DNA of 36,648 nucleotides from assembly GCA_903920975.1 (NCBI GenBank), contig CAIXNZ010000059.1:1-36648 (forward strand). Reading direction: 5' to 3'. This DNA comes from Candidatus Falkowbacteria bacterium (GTDB lineage Bacteria > Patescibacteriota > Patescibacteriia > CAIXNZ01). The translations under genes and the position numbers were made by a program. Each line of letters starts with the position of its first letter. Within the stretch, counting starts at the first letter, position 1. Positions 24,011-32,701 of this stretch are shown one piece after another. The notes below the pieces were generated by a model. That model was not told where the DNA came from, did not search any database, and worked only from the letters and a program-made list of their open reading frames with translations.

Positions 24011-26749
24011 ATGGAAAATAATTCTGAAAATTTGCAATTTTTAATCTGCAGCCAATGCGCTGGCAGTGGTTTAGTTAATAGAAAAAAATGCAAAACCTGC
24101 CAGGCCAGGGGAGTGATTGCATATTTAGAAGGGCATATTTTATATTGGGGAGAAAAAATAAATTCCCGCTTTTTAACTTTGTATAAAATTGAACGGTTTA
24201 TTACCAATGGCGTTTTTATCATATTATTTACCATTGGATTTTTGGGAATTTTAAGCCTTGGCTATGCGGTTTATCTGGATAATTTCATAAATATAATAAA
24301 ACTAGAATTTTGGACGCAGAAAAATCCCTTGTTATTATATTTTTGGCTGACGATTTTAACTGATTTATATTTAATTTATTATTTTTCATTAGCCAAAGCA
24401 GCAAAAGAAAAAGTGATTGCTAAGCAGTATAGATCAGCAGAAGATAAAAATATTATTGCGCCTCCGGAAATGGATTGGCTGTCAATTAGGAAAATTGGTA
24501 AGAAAATAGATATTGCCAAAGCTTTCAATGAGGAAGCCCTGTTATTAGTAGAACAGGCTTTTAATATTGCCAAAAAATATAAAGCTTCCGAAGTAGGCCC
24601 AGTCCACTTTTTAATTGCCGCCCTAGCTTCTTCAAAAAATATACAGAATATGTTTGTACGATTGGGTGTTGATTTTGAAGATTTTGCGCCAAAAATCGGC
24701 CGTGTCGCAGCGCGTTATCCGCAAAGTGATAGCGAGCCGATATTTAACCAAAATTCCGTGCAAATACTTTTAAAAGCTTATAGAAACTCTTACAATAATC
24801 GAGCAGAACAAGTCACAACCAGCGACATAGTTGTTGAGTCAGTAAAAAGCGATAAATTAATTCAGGAAGTCTTGACTGACATTAATATCACGCCGGAAAA
24901 AGTTGAAAATGTTGTTTTGTGGTATCGTATTCGTGATATATTACACAAACAGTGGTTGCTTTATCGTGCATCAGCCAGATTAAAATCCAAAACAGGCATT
25001 GACCGGGCCATGACAGCATTGCAAACCTCATTTTTAAATCAATTTTCAGAAGACCTGACTCTGCTTGCCAAAACCGGCTATTTATCTTTATGCATTGATA
25101 GAGAAAAAGAATTTACTGAGATTTTTCGAGTTTTAGAGGGCAGTTCTGCGAAGAGCGTGATTTTGGTGGGCGATGTGGGCGTTGGTAAAACCGCCATTGT
25201 TGAGGGCTTGGCTCAAAAAATGATTGCTGATGATGTGCCAGAACTTTTAAAAGATAAAAGATTGGTTAGTTTGAGCACTTCTCAATTACTTGCTGGCGCC
25301 TCAATTAGCATGGCGCAAGAACGTTTTTATCGCTCTTTAAATGAAATTATCAGGGCAGGCAATGTTATTTTATTTATTGATAATATTCATGATTTAATCC
25401 CGGAATTAATTGAAATTTTAACTGAGGCTTTGTCAAAAAATGCTTTTATTTTTGTCAGTAGCACGAATTTGGCTGGCTATAAGAATGTAATAGAGCGCTC
25501 AAGTTTGAGTAGTCTTTTGAAAAAAATACAAGTTAATGAGCCAGATATTAATGGTGCCATTCAAATATTGGAAGGCCGGGCTGGTTTTATTGAAGCCAAA
25601 AATAATATTTTCTTTTCTTATGATGCTTTGGAACAAGCCGTAAAATTAACAGACAGATATGTTCATGATCAAAATTTACCGCTCAAGGCCTTGAATCTGC
25701 TTGAAGAAGTAGGCAACTGGGCCAAGTCAAATCTGGGCGCCAAGGCCATGGTCATGGGTAATGATGTAGCAACTTTGATCTCAGATAAATTAGGAGTAAA
25801 AGCCGCTGATGTGACCAAAAGCGAAGGTGAAAAATTATTAAATCTAGAACAAATAATTCACGAAAGAATAGTTGATCAAGAAGAGGCAGTTAATGCCGTG
25901 GCAAATAGTTTGAGAAGGGCCAGAGCCGAGTTAAGGGAAAACAAGCGTCCAATTGCCAATTTGTTATTTTTGGGGCCAACTGGCGTAGGTAAAACCGAAT
26001 TAGCCAAGGTTATTGCAGAGGTTTATTTTGGCAGTGAAGAAAATATGATACGCTTAGACATGTCAGAATATCAGGAAAAAAACAGTATCAACCGCTTGAT
26101 TGGCGCACCCCCAGGCTATGAAGGCTCAGAAGGCGGAGGGCAATTGACTGAAGCAGTGCGTTTAAAGCCTTTTTCCATTGTTTTGCTTGATGAATTAGAA
26201 AAGGCGCATCCAGATATTTTAAATATATTTTTGCAGGTTATGGAAGATGGCCGCTTGACTGATTCGACGGGCAGGACCATTGATTTTACTAATGTTATTT
26301 TAATTGCCACTTCCAATGCCCAGACTGCCTTTATTTCTGAAAAGGTTAAAGCTGGAATGTCCTTAGAAGAAATAAAAAAGCAACTGCTGGAAACCGAATT
26401 AAAGCAAAATTTTAAACCAGAATTTATTAATCGTTTTGATAATATAATAATTTTCAAACCCCTGGGCTTTGAAGAAGTTTTAAAAATTGCAGGTTTGCTT
26501 TTGCAGCAAGTTGCCAAAAATTTAGAAGCCAAAGGAATCAATTTTCAAGCCAATCAAGACGCAGTTATGGAATTAGCCAAAGAGGGTTTTGATCCGCAAT
26601 TTGGGGCCAGGCCACTTCGCCGCGTCATTCAAGATAGAGTTGATAATGCCTTGGCTCAGTATTTAATCACTGGCAAAATTGGTAAGCGCGATTTAGTCAT
26701 TTTAGATAAAGGGGGAGTAATAAGAGTGGAAAAAGCCAAAGAGCTTTAA
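24011..26749 (+). CDS. Clp/Hsp100-family AAA+ ATPase with an N-terminal DnaJ-type zinc finger and two TM helices, no M-domain, and a degenerate D1
   Basis: CSQCAGSG plus CKTCQARG, two hydrophobic helices, and a Clp_N-like repeat. D1 has Walker A GDVGVGKT, but its Walker B reads ILFIDNIH (Glu to Asn). D2 is canonical: GPTGVGKTELAK, VLLDELEKAHPD, GRLTD and ATSN. Confidence 0.88.
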   Translation: MENNSENLQFLICSQCAGSGLVNRKKCKTCQARGVIAYLEGHILYWGEKINSRFLTLYKIERFITNGVFIILFTIGFLGILSLGYAVYLDNFINIIKLEFWTQKNPLLLYFWLTILTDLYLIYYFSLAKAAKEKVIAKQYRSAEDKNIIAPPEMDWLSIRKIGKKIDIAKAFNEEALLLVEQAFNIAKKYKASEVGPVHFLIAALASSKNIQNMFVRLGVDFEDFAPKIGRVAARYPQSDSEPIFNQNSVQILLKAYRNSYNNRAEQVTTSDIVVESVKSDKLIQEVLTDINITPEKVENVVLWYRIRDILHKQWLLYRASARLKSKTGIDRAMTALQTSFLNQFSEDLTLLAKTGYLSLCIDREKEFTEIFRVLEGSSAKSVILVGDVGVGKTAIVEGLAQKMIADDVPELLKDKRLVSLSTSQLLAGASISMAQERFYRSLNEIIRAGNVILFIDNIHDLIPELIEILTEALSKNAFIFVSSTNLAGYKNVIERSSLSSLLKKIQVNEPDINGAIQILEGRAGFIEAKNNIFFSYDALEQAVKLTDRYVHDQNLPLKALNLLEEVGNWAKSNLGAKAMVMGNDVATLISDKLGVKAADVTKSEGEKLLNLEQIIHERIVDQEEAVNAVANSLRRARAELRENKRPIANLLFLGPTGVGKTELAKVIAEVYFGSEENMIRLDMSEYQEKNSINRLIGAPPGYEGSEGGGQLTEAVRLKPFSIVLLDELEKAHPDILNIFLQVMEDGRLTDSTGRTIDFTNVILIATSNAQTAFISEKVKAGMSLEEIKKQLLETELKQNFKPEFINRFDNIIIFKPLGFEEVLKIAGLLLQQVAKNLEAKGINFQANQDAVMELAKEGFDPQFGARPLRRVIQDRVDNALAQYLITGKIGKRDLVILDKGGVIRVEKAKEL

Positions 26750-26754
26750 AATTT

Positions 26755-27855
26755 ATGCTATACATTTGGGTCTTTATTTTTACATTTTTACTCTCAATAA
26801 TTTTAACGCAGTTAGCTGGCATTTTGGCGTTGAAATTAAATATTGTTGACCAGCCGGATTTTGAGAGAAAAATTCACAAAACCCCAATTCCGCTTTTAGG
26901 CGGTCTGGCGGTTTTTTTAAGTTTTGGGGCTTGTTTGTATTATTTTACATTTTATACCGATTTAATTTTATTTGGTTTCATAGTTCCGAAATATATTGTG
27001 GCTATACTTATGGCTGGTTTGGTAATTACAATTGGCGGTATTTTGGATGACAAATATAATTTAAAAGCTAAATATCAGATTATTTTTCCACTTGCGGCTG
27101 TTTTGATAATTGTGGTTTGCGGCGTTGGCGTTTCTCATATTCGCAACCCCTTTGGCGGAATTATTAGTTTTAATAATTGGCAATTTATTTTATTTTGGTT
27201 TCAGGGTATTCCATATAAAATAACCCTGGTCGCTGATTTATTTACTTTTTTGTGGCTTTTGGGTATGATGTACACTACTAAATTATTAGATGGTTTGGAC
27301 GGTTTGGTTTCAGGAGTTACTGTTATCGGAGCGCTGATTATTGCTTTTGTGGCGTTGAGTACAACTGTTGCTCAACCAAATACTGCGCTCATGGCAATAA
27401 TTTTGGCCGGTGCTTTTGCTGGATTTTTGCTTTTTAATTTTAATCCGGCTAAAATATTTTTGGGTGAAAGCGGCAGTTTGTTTGCCGGTTTAATGCTAGG
27501 CACCTTGGCTATTATTTCTGGTTCAAAAGTGGCCACGACTTTATTAATCATGGGCATACCGATTCTAGACGTTGCCTGGGTAATCTTGCGCCGTATTTTT
27601 AAAAAAGTGCCAATCAGTTATGCTGACAAAAAACATTTGCATTTTAGGTTATTGGATATTGGCTTTAATCAGAGGCAAGCCGTTATATTTATGTATTGTT
27701 TAACAGCTTTATTTGGAGGCATCTCGCTCTTTTTTTCAACTTATGGTAAATTGATTGAGCTGATTGTTCTGGCGTTCTTCATGTTGATTTTAGCCGCCAT
27801 ATTGGTTATTATGTATAAATACAAAAATAGTCCTATTTATGAACAGAAAAAATAA
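26755..27855 (+). CDS. polyprenyl-phosphate sugar-1-phosphate transferase, glycosyltransferase family 4 (WecA/TagO-like rather than MraY)
   Basis: About 10 TM helices, with HKTPIPLLGGLAVFL, ILDDKYNL and LLDGLDGL motifs. Confidence 0.85.
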   Translation: MLYIWVFIFTFLLSIILTQLAGILALKLNIVDQPDFERKIHKTPIPLLGGLAVFLSFGACLYYFTFYTDLILFGFIVPKYIVAILMAGLVITIGGILDDKYNLKAKYQIIFPLAAVLIIVVCGVGVSHIRNPFGGIISFNNWQFILFWFQGIPYKITLVADLFTFLWLLGMMYTTKLLDGLDGLVSGVTVIGALIIAFVALSTTVAQPNTALMAIILAGAFAGFLLFNFNPAKIFLGESGSLFAGLMLGTLAIISGSKVATTLLIMGIPILDVAWVILRRIFKKVPISYADKKHLHFRLLDIGFNQRQAVIFMYCLTALFGGISLFFSTYGKLIELIVLAFFMLILAAILVIMYKYKNSPIYEQKK

Positions 27856-28309
27856 AAAGTTAATAATAATTTTAATCATTGTCATAATAGTGATTTTTGG
27901 CATTGGTCTTCCTGTTTTCCTCTCCGTATTTCATAATGGTTCGGATAAGGGCAAAGTAATGATTAGGGGCCATGTGATTAATGTGGAAGTTGCTAATACT
28001 CCTGAAAGTCGGATGAAGGGCCTGGCTGGCAGGGAGAAATTAGGTGTTAATGATGGTATGCTTTTTGTTATGGATGAAAAACGCTATCATACTTTCTGGA
28101 TGGATGGCATGAAATTTCCCATTGATATTATTTGGATAAGTGATAATAAAATAGTTGATTTAACAAAAAATGTACCTATTCCAACGGATTCCAAGGATAT
28201 TCCCGTATATAGGCCTGCAACCGAAGTTGATAAGGTTTTAGAAGTTAATGCTGGTTATATTGATGCCAATAAGATTGTCATTGATGATGAAGTGGGTATA
28301 GATTATTAA
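27839..28309 (+). CDS. DUF192-family protein with N-terminal membrane anchor
   Basis: A TM helix, then ..A.TPESRMKGLAGRE.L..NDGMLFV......FWMDGMKFPIDIIWI. It overlaps the upstream gene by 17 nt. Confidence 0.78.
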   Translation: MNRKNKKLIIILIIVIIVIFGIGLPVFLSVFHNGSDKGKVMIRGHVINVEVANTPESRMKGLAGREKLGVNDGMLFVMDEKRYHTFWMDGMKFPIDIIWISDNKIVDLTKNVPIPTDSKDIPVYRPATEVDKVLEVNAGYIDANKIVIDDEVGIDY

Positions 28310-28323
28310 AATAAATAAATATT

Positions 28324-28358
28324 AGGGCCGCTTGGTTTTGCCAGGCGGTCTTTTTTTA
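28324..28358 (+). terminator. intrinsic terminator
   Basis: GGGCCGCTTGG-loop-CCAGGCGGTCT (with G-U pairs) followed by T7. Confidence 0.75.
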
Positions 28359-28387
28359 ATCAGCCGTAGCTTTACGCGAAGGCTAAT

Positions 28388-28416
28388 TTGACATTATTTT
28401 TAAAATACGCTATTAT
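28388..28416 (+). promoter_or_regulatory. rplU promoter
   Basis: TTGACA, a 17-nt spacer, then TATTAT. Confidence 0.7.
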
Positions 28417-28424
28417 ATTTTCAT

Positions 28425-28452
28425 AAGATTTAGCCCCACTAAAATCTTTTTT
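28425..28452 (+). promoter_or_regulatory. attenuator-like hairpin in the rplU leader
   Basis: AAGATTT-10 nt-AAATCTT followed by TTTT, 20 nt before the rplU ATG. It is reminiscent of L21-leader attenuators, but the class is unverified. Confidence 0.4.
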
Positions 28453-28471
28453 ATTTATAACACACAAGTAT

Positions 28472-28792
28472 ATGGCAAAAATTGCTGTTATCAAGACAGG
28501 CGGCAAGCAATATAAAGTTTCAGCTGGTGATAAGCTGGATATTGAAAAACTTGCTGGCAAAGAAGGCGATAAAGTTACCTTGGATCAAGTTTTATTGATA
28601 GCTGATGAAGATGGCAAAAATATTGAAGTCGGCAAGCCATTTTTAAGTGGCAAAAAAATTGAAGCTAAAATTGAAAAACAATTTAGAGATGATAAAGTAA
28701 TGGTTGTGAAATTCAAGAATAAAGTCAGATATCGCAGGAAGCAAGGACATCGTCAAAATAAAACCCTGATTAAGATAGACAAGATCTCGTAA
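28472..28792 (+). CDS. rplU: 50S ribosomal protein L21
   Basis: MAKIAVIKTGGKQYKVSAGDKL.., with a basic C-terminus. Confidence 0.95.
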   Translation: MAKIAVIKTGGKQYKVSAGDKLDIEKLAGKEGDKVTLDQVLLIADEDGKNIEVGKPFLSGKKIEAKIEKQFRDDKVMVVKFKNKVRYRRKQGHRQNKTLIKIDKIS

Positions 28793-28826
28793 AAAAAACG
28801 CCCCCGCCACGCGGGGGTGTTTTTTA
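28793..28826 (+). terminator. strong terminator directly after rplU
   Basis: ACGCCCCCGC-CAC-GCGGGGGTGT followed by T5. Confidence 0.88.
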
Positions 28827-28847
28827 TTTGCCCCGCACCAGTTCAAT

Positions 28848-28935
28848 AAAAAAAATCAGCGATGCAAAATCCAGAAAGATTTTTCGTAGGGACAGAACAT
28901 TGTTCTGTCCCTACGTTTAAACGCTGATTTTTTTG
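28848..28935. repeat. nested inverted repeat (Y-shaped, orientation-symmetric terminator-like element)
   Basis: The outer arms are AATCAGCG (28854-61) and CGCTGATT (28922-29), flanked by A8 and T7. The inner element is a perfect 14-bp stem, CGTAGGGACAGAAC-ATT-GTTCTGTCCCTACG (28885-28915). Confidence 0.6.
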
Positions 28936-28938
28936 TTA

Positions 28939-29538
28939 TTACATTTCTTTTCTATTTTTAATGGCGCTGGAAAGAGTTATTTCATCTGTATATTCCAAAT
29001 CTGCTCCGACTGGCATACCGCGCGCCAAACGCGTTATTTTAATTTTAAACGGCTTTAAAAGATTATTTAGATACATCATTGTTGCTTCGCCTTCCATGTC
29101 AGGATTAAAAGCCAACATAATTTCGGAGATTTTGTTTTTCTGAAGTTTTGTTAGTAAATCATTAAATCTTAATCTGTCCGGAGTTTGGCCAGAAAGAGGG
29201 TCTAGAACACCGCCTAACACATGATAAACGCCTTTGTACTCGCCAGTGTTTTCAATGGCTGCTAAATCATGCGGTTCAGCGACAATACAAATTATATGAT
29301 GGTCACGATTTTTATCAGAACAAATACTGCACGGGTCTTTTTCGGAAATATTATGACAAATTGAACATTTAATCACTGAATTATTTATTTGAGTTAAAGC
29401 AGAAGCAAAGTCATTTAATTCTTCCATGGATTGTTTTAACAAATAAAAAACCAGGCGTTCGGCTGTCTTGGGGCCAATACCTGGCAGTTTGCAAAACTGG
29501 TCAATCAATTCTTGGATTGGTTTGGGAAATTTAATCAT
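28939..29538 (-). CDS. recR: recombination protein RecR
   Basis: HhH N-terminus (LPGIGPKTAERL), C4 zinc finger CSICHN..CSICSD, and a Toprim domain. Confidence 0.95.
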   Translation of the reverse strand: MIKFPKPIQELIDQFCKLPGIGPKTAERLVFYLLKQSMEELNDFASALTQINNSVIKCSICHNISEKDPCSICSDKNRDHHIICIVAEPHDLAAIENTGEYKGVYHVLGGVLDPLSGQTPDRLRFNDLLTKLQKNKISEIMLAFNPDMEGEATMMYLNNLLKPFKIKITRLARGMPVGADLEYTDEITLSSAIKNRKEM

Positions 29539-29549
29539 AATATGAACTT

Positions 29550-29578
29550 ATTTTATCTGAAAAATGAAAGATTAACAA
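29550..29578 (-). promoter_or_regulatory. recR promoter, with the -10 ending 11 nt before the ATG
   Basis: On the minus strand: TTGTTA, a 17-nt spacer, then TAAAAT. No SD. Confidence 0.5.
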
Positions 29579-29597
29579 GACATCATTGACTTTATAA

Positions 29598-29631
29598 TAA
29601 AAGAGGATTGAAATTTCAATCCTCTTTTTTC
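29598..29631 (-). terminator. terminator after dnaB
   Basis: The palindrome AGAGGATTGAAA/TTTCAATCCTCT, with A/T runs on both sides. Confidence 0.75.
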
Positions 29632-29642
29632 TTATGTAAAAT

Positions 29643-31052
29643 TTAAAATTTAATGTCTGGTTCTGGACCAAAAGTCGGAGGCGGACCATAAGATTTTTTG
29701 TCCAAATCGCGGAAACTGACTTTTTGTTCATCAAAGAACAATTTAATCATGCCAGTCGGTCCATTTCTGTGCTTGGCAATATGAATTTCAGCCACATTCT
29801 TTCTGTCTAATTCCAGATCAGGCTTATAGATTGCTTCTCTGTAAATAAACATGACAATGTCAGCATCTTGCTCAATTGAGCCTGATTCGCGCAAATCAGA
29901 TAGTTTTGGTATTGGCGGATTTCTGGATTCAACGCCGCGGTTTAACTGGGAAAGGGCTAAAACCGGAATATTCAATTCTTTGGCAATCTGTTTTAAGCCG
30001 CGGGAAATTTCAGAAATTTCTTGGACGCGATTATCTGTTCTAATATTGCCCTCCATTAATTGTAAATAGTCTATAACAATTAAGCCAAGTCCATGCTCCA
30101 TTTGTAATCTGCGAGCTTTGGTTCTAATATCCATAATCGTAGCAATGGCTGAATCATCTATAAAAATGGGGGATTCTGATAACACGCCCATGGCATGGCC
30201 AATGCGTGGAAAATCATCATCCTCTTCGCGATCAGACAAGCGGCCGGTTCTCATTTTCCATAAATCAACATTTGCTTCAGCACAAAGCAAGCGGTCTACT
30301 AATTGTTCCTTGGACATTTCCAGAGAAAAAATACCAACCGGCACTTTATGTTTGGTGGCCACGCTTCTCGCTATATCTAAAGCCAAAGAAGTTTTACCAA
30401 CCGAAGGTCGAGCGGCTAAGATCAATAAGTCTGATTTTTGTAAGCCAGCTAAAAGATTGTCCAGATCTTTATAGCCAGTTGGTATACCTCGTAATTTACC
30501 TTTTTCTTTATGTAGTTCATCAATTCTTTCAAATGTTTCATTCAAAATACTGGTAATGGGTATAAACATTTGTTTCTGATGCCCTTGTGAAACCGCAAAA
30601 ATTCTTGACTCGGCTTTGTCTAAAATATTCCTAACATCATCTTCCTCATTATAGCCCATTTCAGCCATTTCACTGGCTGCTTTGATCAAATTTCTTAAAG
30701 TGGCTTTTTTCTGGACAATTTCCGCATAATTAACCACATGGCTTGAGGTTGGAACGGCATTACTTAGAGAAATCAGATAGGTCCTACCGCCAATATTTTC
30801 TAATTTACCTTTTTCTTCCAAGCGGTTGGCCAAGGTTAAGAGGTCAATTGGTTCATGTTTGCCATATAAATCTAAAATAGCCTCAAAAATCATCCTATGT
30901 TTGTCATGATAAAAATCTTCTGGGCCGACAATATCAGCCACGCGAATAATAGCGTCTTTATCAATCAAAAGAGATCCAAGCAATGATTGTTCGGCTTCAA
31001 CGTTTTGAGGCGGTAATTTTTGAATGAGTTCTTGGTCTTTTTTTGCTGTCAT
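29643..31052 (-). CDS. dnaB: replicative DNA helicase
   Basis: PQNVEAEQSLLGSLL, Walker A ARPSVGKTSLAL, and LIVIDYLQLM. The start is set at MTAKKDQ (ATG 31052), because the extended ORF-track start at 31121 would contain the gene's own promoter. Confidence 0.92.
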   Translation of the reverse strand: MTAKKDQELIQKLPPQNVEAEQSLLGSLLIDKDAIIRVADIVGPEDFYHDKHRMIFEAILDLYGKHEPIDLLTLANRLEEKGKLENIGGRTYLISLSNAVPTSSHVVNYAEIVQKKATLRNLIKAASEMAEMGYNEEDDVRNILDKAESRIFAVSQGHQKQMFIPITSILNETFERIDELHKEKGKLRGIPTGYKDLDNLLAGLQKSDLLILAARPSVGKTSLALDIARSVATKHKVPVGIFSLEMSKEQLVDRLLCAEANVDLWKMRTGRLSDREEDDDFPRIGHAMGVLSESPIFIDDSAIATIMDIRTKARRLQMEHGLGLIVIDYLQLMEGNIRTDNRVQEISEISRGLKQIAKELNIPVLALSQLNRGVESRNPPIPKLSDLRESGSIEQDADIVMFIYREAIYKPDLELDRKNVAEIHIAKHRNGPTGMIKLFFDEQKVSFRDLDKKSYGPPPTFGPEPDIKF

Positions 31053-31064
31053 ATGTTCCTTTAT

Positions 31065-31092
31065 CTTATAACAAATCGAATAATTTTGACAA
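31065..31092 (-). promoter_or_regulatory. dnaB promoter
   Basis: On the minus strand: TTGTCA, a 16-nt spacer, then an extended -10 TGTTATAAG. The -10 ends 12 nt before the ATG. Confidence 0.5.
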
Positions 31093-31114
31093 GTAGTAAA
31101 ATGTTTAGAAGTTG

Positions 31115-31143
31115 TTGACAAAAAGGTTAATTTTAGATAAAGT
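31115..31143 (+). promoter_or_regulatory. purB promoter
   Basis: TTGACA (31115-20), a 17-nt spacer, then TAAAGT (31138-43). Confidence 0.65.
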
Positions 31144-31177
31144 TTTTTTAGTTCATTAAAAAAGAAAAGGAGGGAAA

Positions 31178-32653
31178 ATGATTAGGAGGTATTCTGACAA
31201 GAAAGTCGATGGGAATTGGGCGCTTAAGCACAAATATTTGCTTTGGCAGGAAATTGAACTTGCTGTTATCAAGGTGCGTTGTGAGAGGAGCACATTTCCG
31301 GCTGATGTCTGGAGCAAAATTTCGTTGATTCTGAAGAACTGCGAAATTGATGTTGAAGAAATCAAGCGCATTGAAGAAATAACCAAGCATGACCTAAACG
31401 CCTTCATTGAGGAGCGTAAGTCACATCTGCCAGAGGAACTGCGTAAATATGTGCATTTTATGATGACTTCGTATGATACGGAAGAGGCGCCATTTTCTCT
31501 GATGCTTCTTGATTCAGTCAAGGATGCAGTAACTGCCTGCGATGATTTAATTTTATTATTGTGGGAAATGGCGTTTAAGTTCCGTTATACGCCCATGTTG
31601 GGGCGTACTCACGGCCAGGAAGCCAAGCTGCAATCATTTGGCTTGCGCATTTTGCACTGGTGCCGTTCATTGGATTATGCCCGTTATCAATTGCAAAGCG
31701 CGACCACAGGCATCCGCTTCTCAAAATTAAGCGGTGCCATTGGCAATTATCAGGGCGTCACGCCAGAAGAGGAAAAAGAAGTTCTCAAGTCAATCGGCCT
31801 TGAACCATTTGTTGGCGCTTCGCAGATTATTCCCAGGATTGTGCATCAGCCATTGGCTAATGCATTAGTTATGATCGTAGGCGCTTTGACGCAGATTGCC
31901 GAGGATGTGCGCATTGCAGCACGCAGCGGCATGCCCATTATGCAGGAATTTTTTGACAAGGGTCAGATGGGGTCATCGGCCATGCCCCACAAAAAAAACA
32001 CCATCACCTGTGAAAATCAAATCGGCATGTGGCGCATGGCCAAAGGCTTTGCTGATATGTTGCGTGACTGCATATTAACATGGGAAGAGCGTGCTATCGA
32101 ACAATCCAGTGTTGAGCGCGTGGCTTGGCCGGATTTATTCCATGTGGTTATGCAGTCTTTCAAAAACATGACCAGAATTTTGGAAAAGCTCCAGGTTTTC
32201 CCCGATAACATGATGCTGGAAATTTATTATTCGCATGGCTGCTATGCCTCTGAAGATGCCAAGGAACTTCTTAAGGAATTCGGCCTGATTGACGACGCCT
32301 ACAAGATTGTTCAGCTGGCTGCAGCAATTGTTCACGAACCCTGTAAAGTACTCAAAGATTATCGTCTGGCGAAAAAAGACGGAGAAGAAGAGCATAAATA
32401 TCCAATGATCGAAGAAGCAAATATGCTTGGTCGCTGTCATAAAGATCTTTGCCAGACCATCTGCGAAGTCATTTACACTGGTGCACTTTATCCCATTGAA
32501 GCTCTCGGCCACAGCCAAGAGACAGTGGATGAGTGGAACCGTAAGCTGCAAAATATCTTTGCAGATCCAGAAAAGCTGGAGCGATGGCATAATATTTTTT
32601 CCATCGCATACCAGCTGAGAAATGAAGATTTCATTTTTAACACGTACAAGTAA
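31178..32653 (+). CDS. purB: adenylosuccinate lyase (divergent, 491 aa)
   Basis: Fumarate-lyase superfamily signature GSSAMPHKKN, GRTHGQEA, TSYD, and the PurB-type N-terminus RRYS...W..E.A.....T.HD.NAF. SD AAAAGGAGGG. G+C is elevated. Confidence 0.82.
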   Translation: MIRRYSDKKVDGNWALKHKYLLWQEIELAVIKVRCERSTFPADVWSKISLILKNCEIDVEEIKRIEEITKHDLNAFIEERKSHLPEELRKYVHFMMTSYDTEEAPFSLMLLDSVKDAVTACDDLILLLWEMAFKFRYTPMLGRTHGQEAKLQSFGLRILHWCRSLDYARYQLQSATTGIRFSKLSGAIGNYQGVTPEEEKEVLKSIGLEPFVGASQIIPRIVHQPLANALVMIVGALTQIAEDVRIAARSGMPIMQEFFDKGQMGSSAMPHKKNTITCENQIGMWRMAKGFADMLRDCILTWEERAIEQSSVERVAWPDLFHVVMQSFKNMTRILEKLQVFPDNMMLEIYYSHGCYASEDAKELLKEFGLIDDAYKIVQLAAAIVHEPCKVLKDYRLAKKDGEEEHKYPMIEEANMLGRCHKDLCQTICEVIYTGALYPIEALGHSQETVDEWNRKLQNIFADPEKLERWHNIFSIAYQLRNEDFIFNTYK

Positions 32654-32692
32654 AAAAAATAAAGCCCCATACCAACTGGTACGGGGCTTTTT
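32654..32692. terminator. bidirectional terminator shared by convergent purB and purH
   Basis: AAAGCCCCATACC-AACT-GGTACGGGGCTTT (1 mismatch), with an A-run to the left and a T-run to the right. Confidence 0.8.
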
Positions 32693-32701
32693 CTTTTGGA
32701 A

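Noticed and set aside
29531-29734. 67-aa minus-strand ORF spanning the dnaB-recR spacer.
   Set aside because: It covers the 3' end of dnaB out of frame, the dnaB terminator palindrome and the recR promoter. It has no SD.
31148-31521. Minus-strand ORFs of 80 and 121 aa opposite the purB start.
   Set aside because: They are antisense to a motif-supported gene and its promoter and SD, and have no initiation signals.
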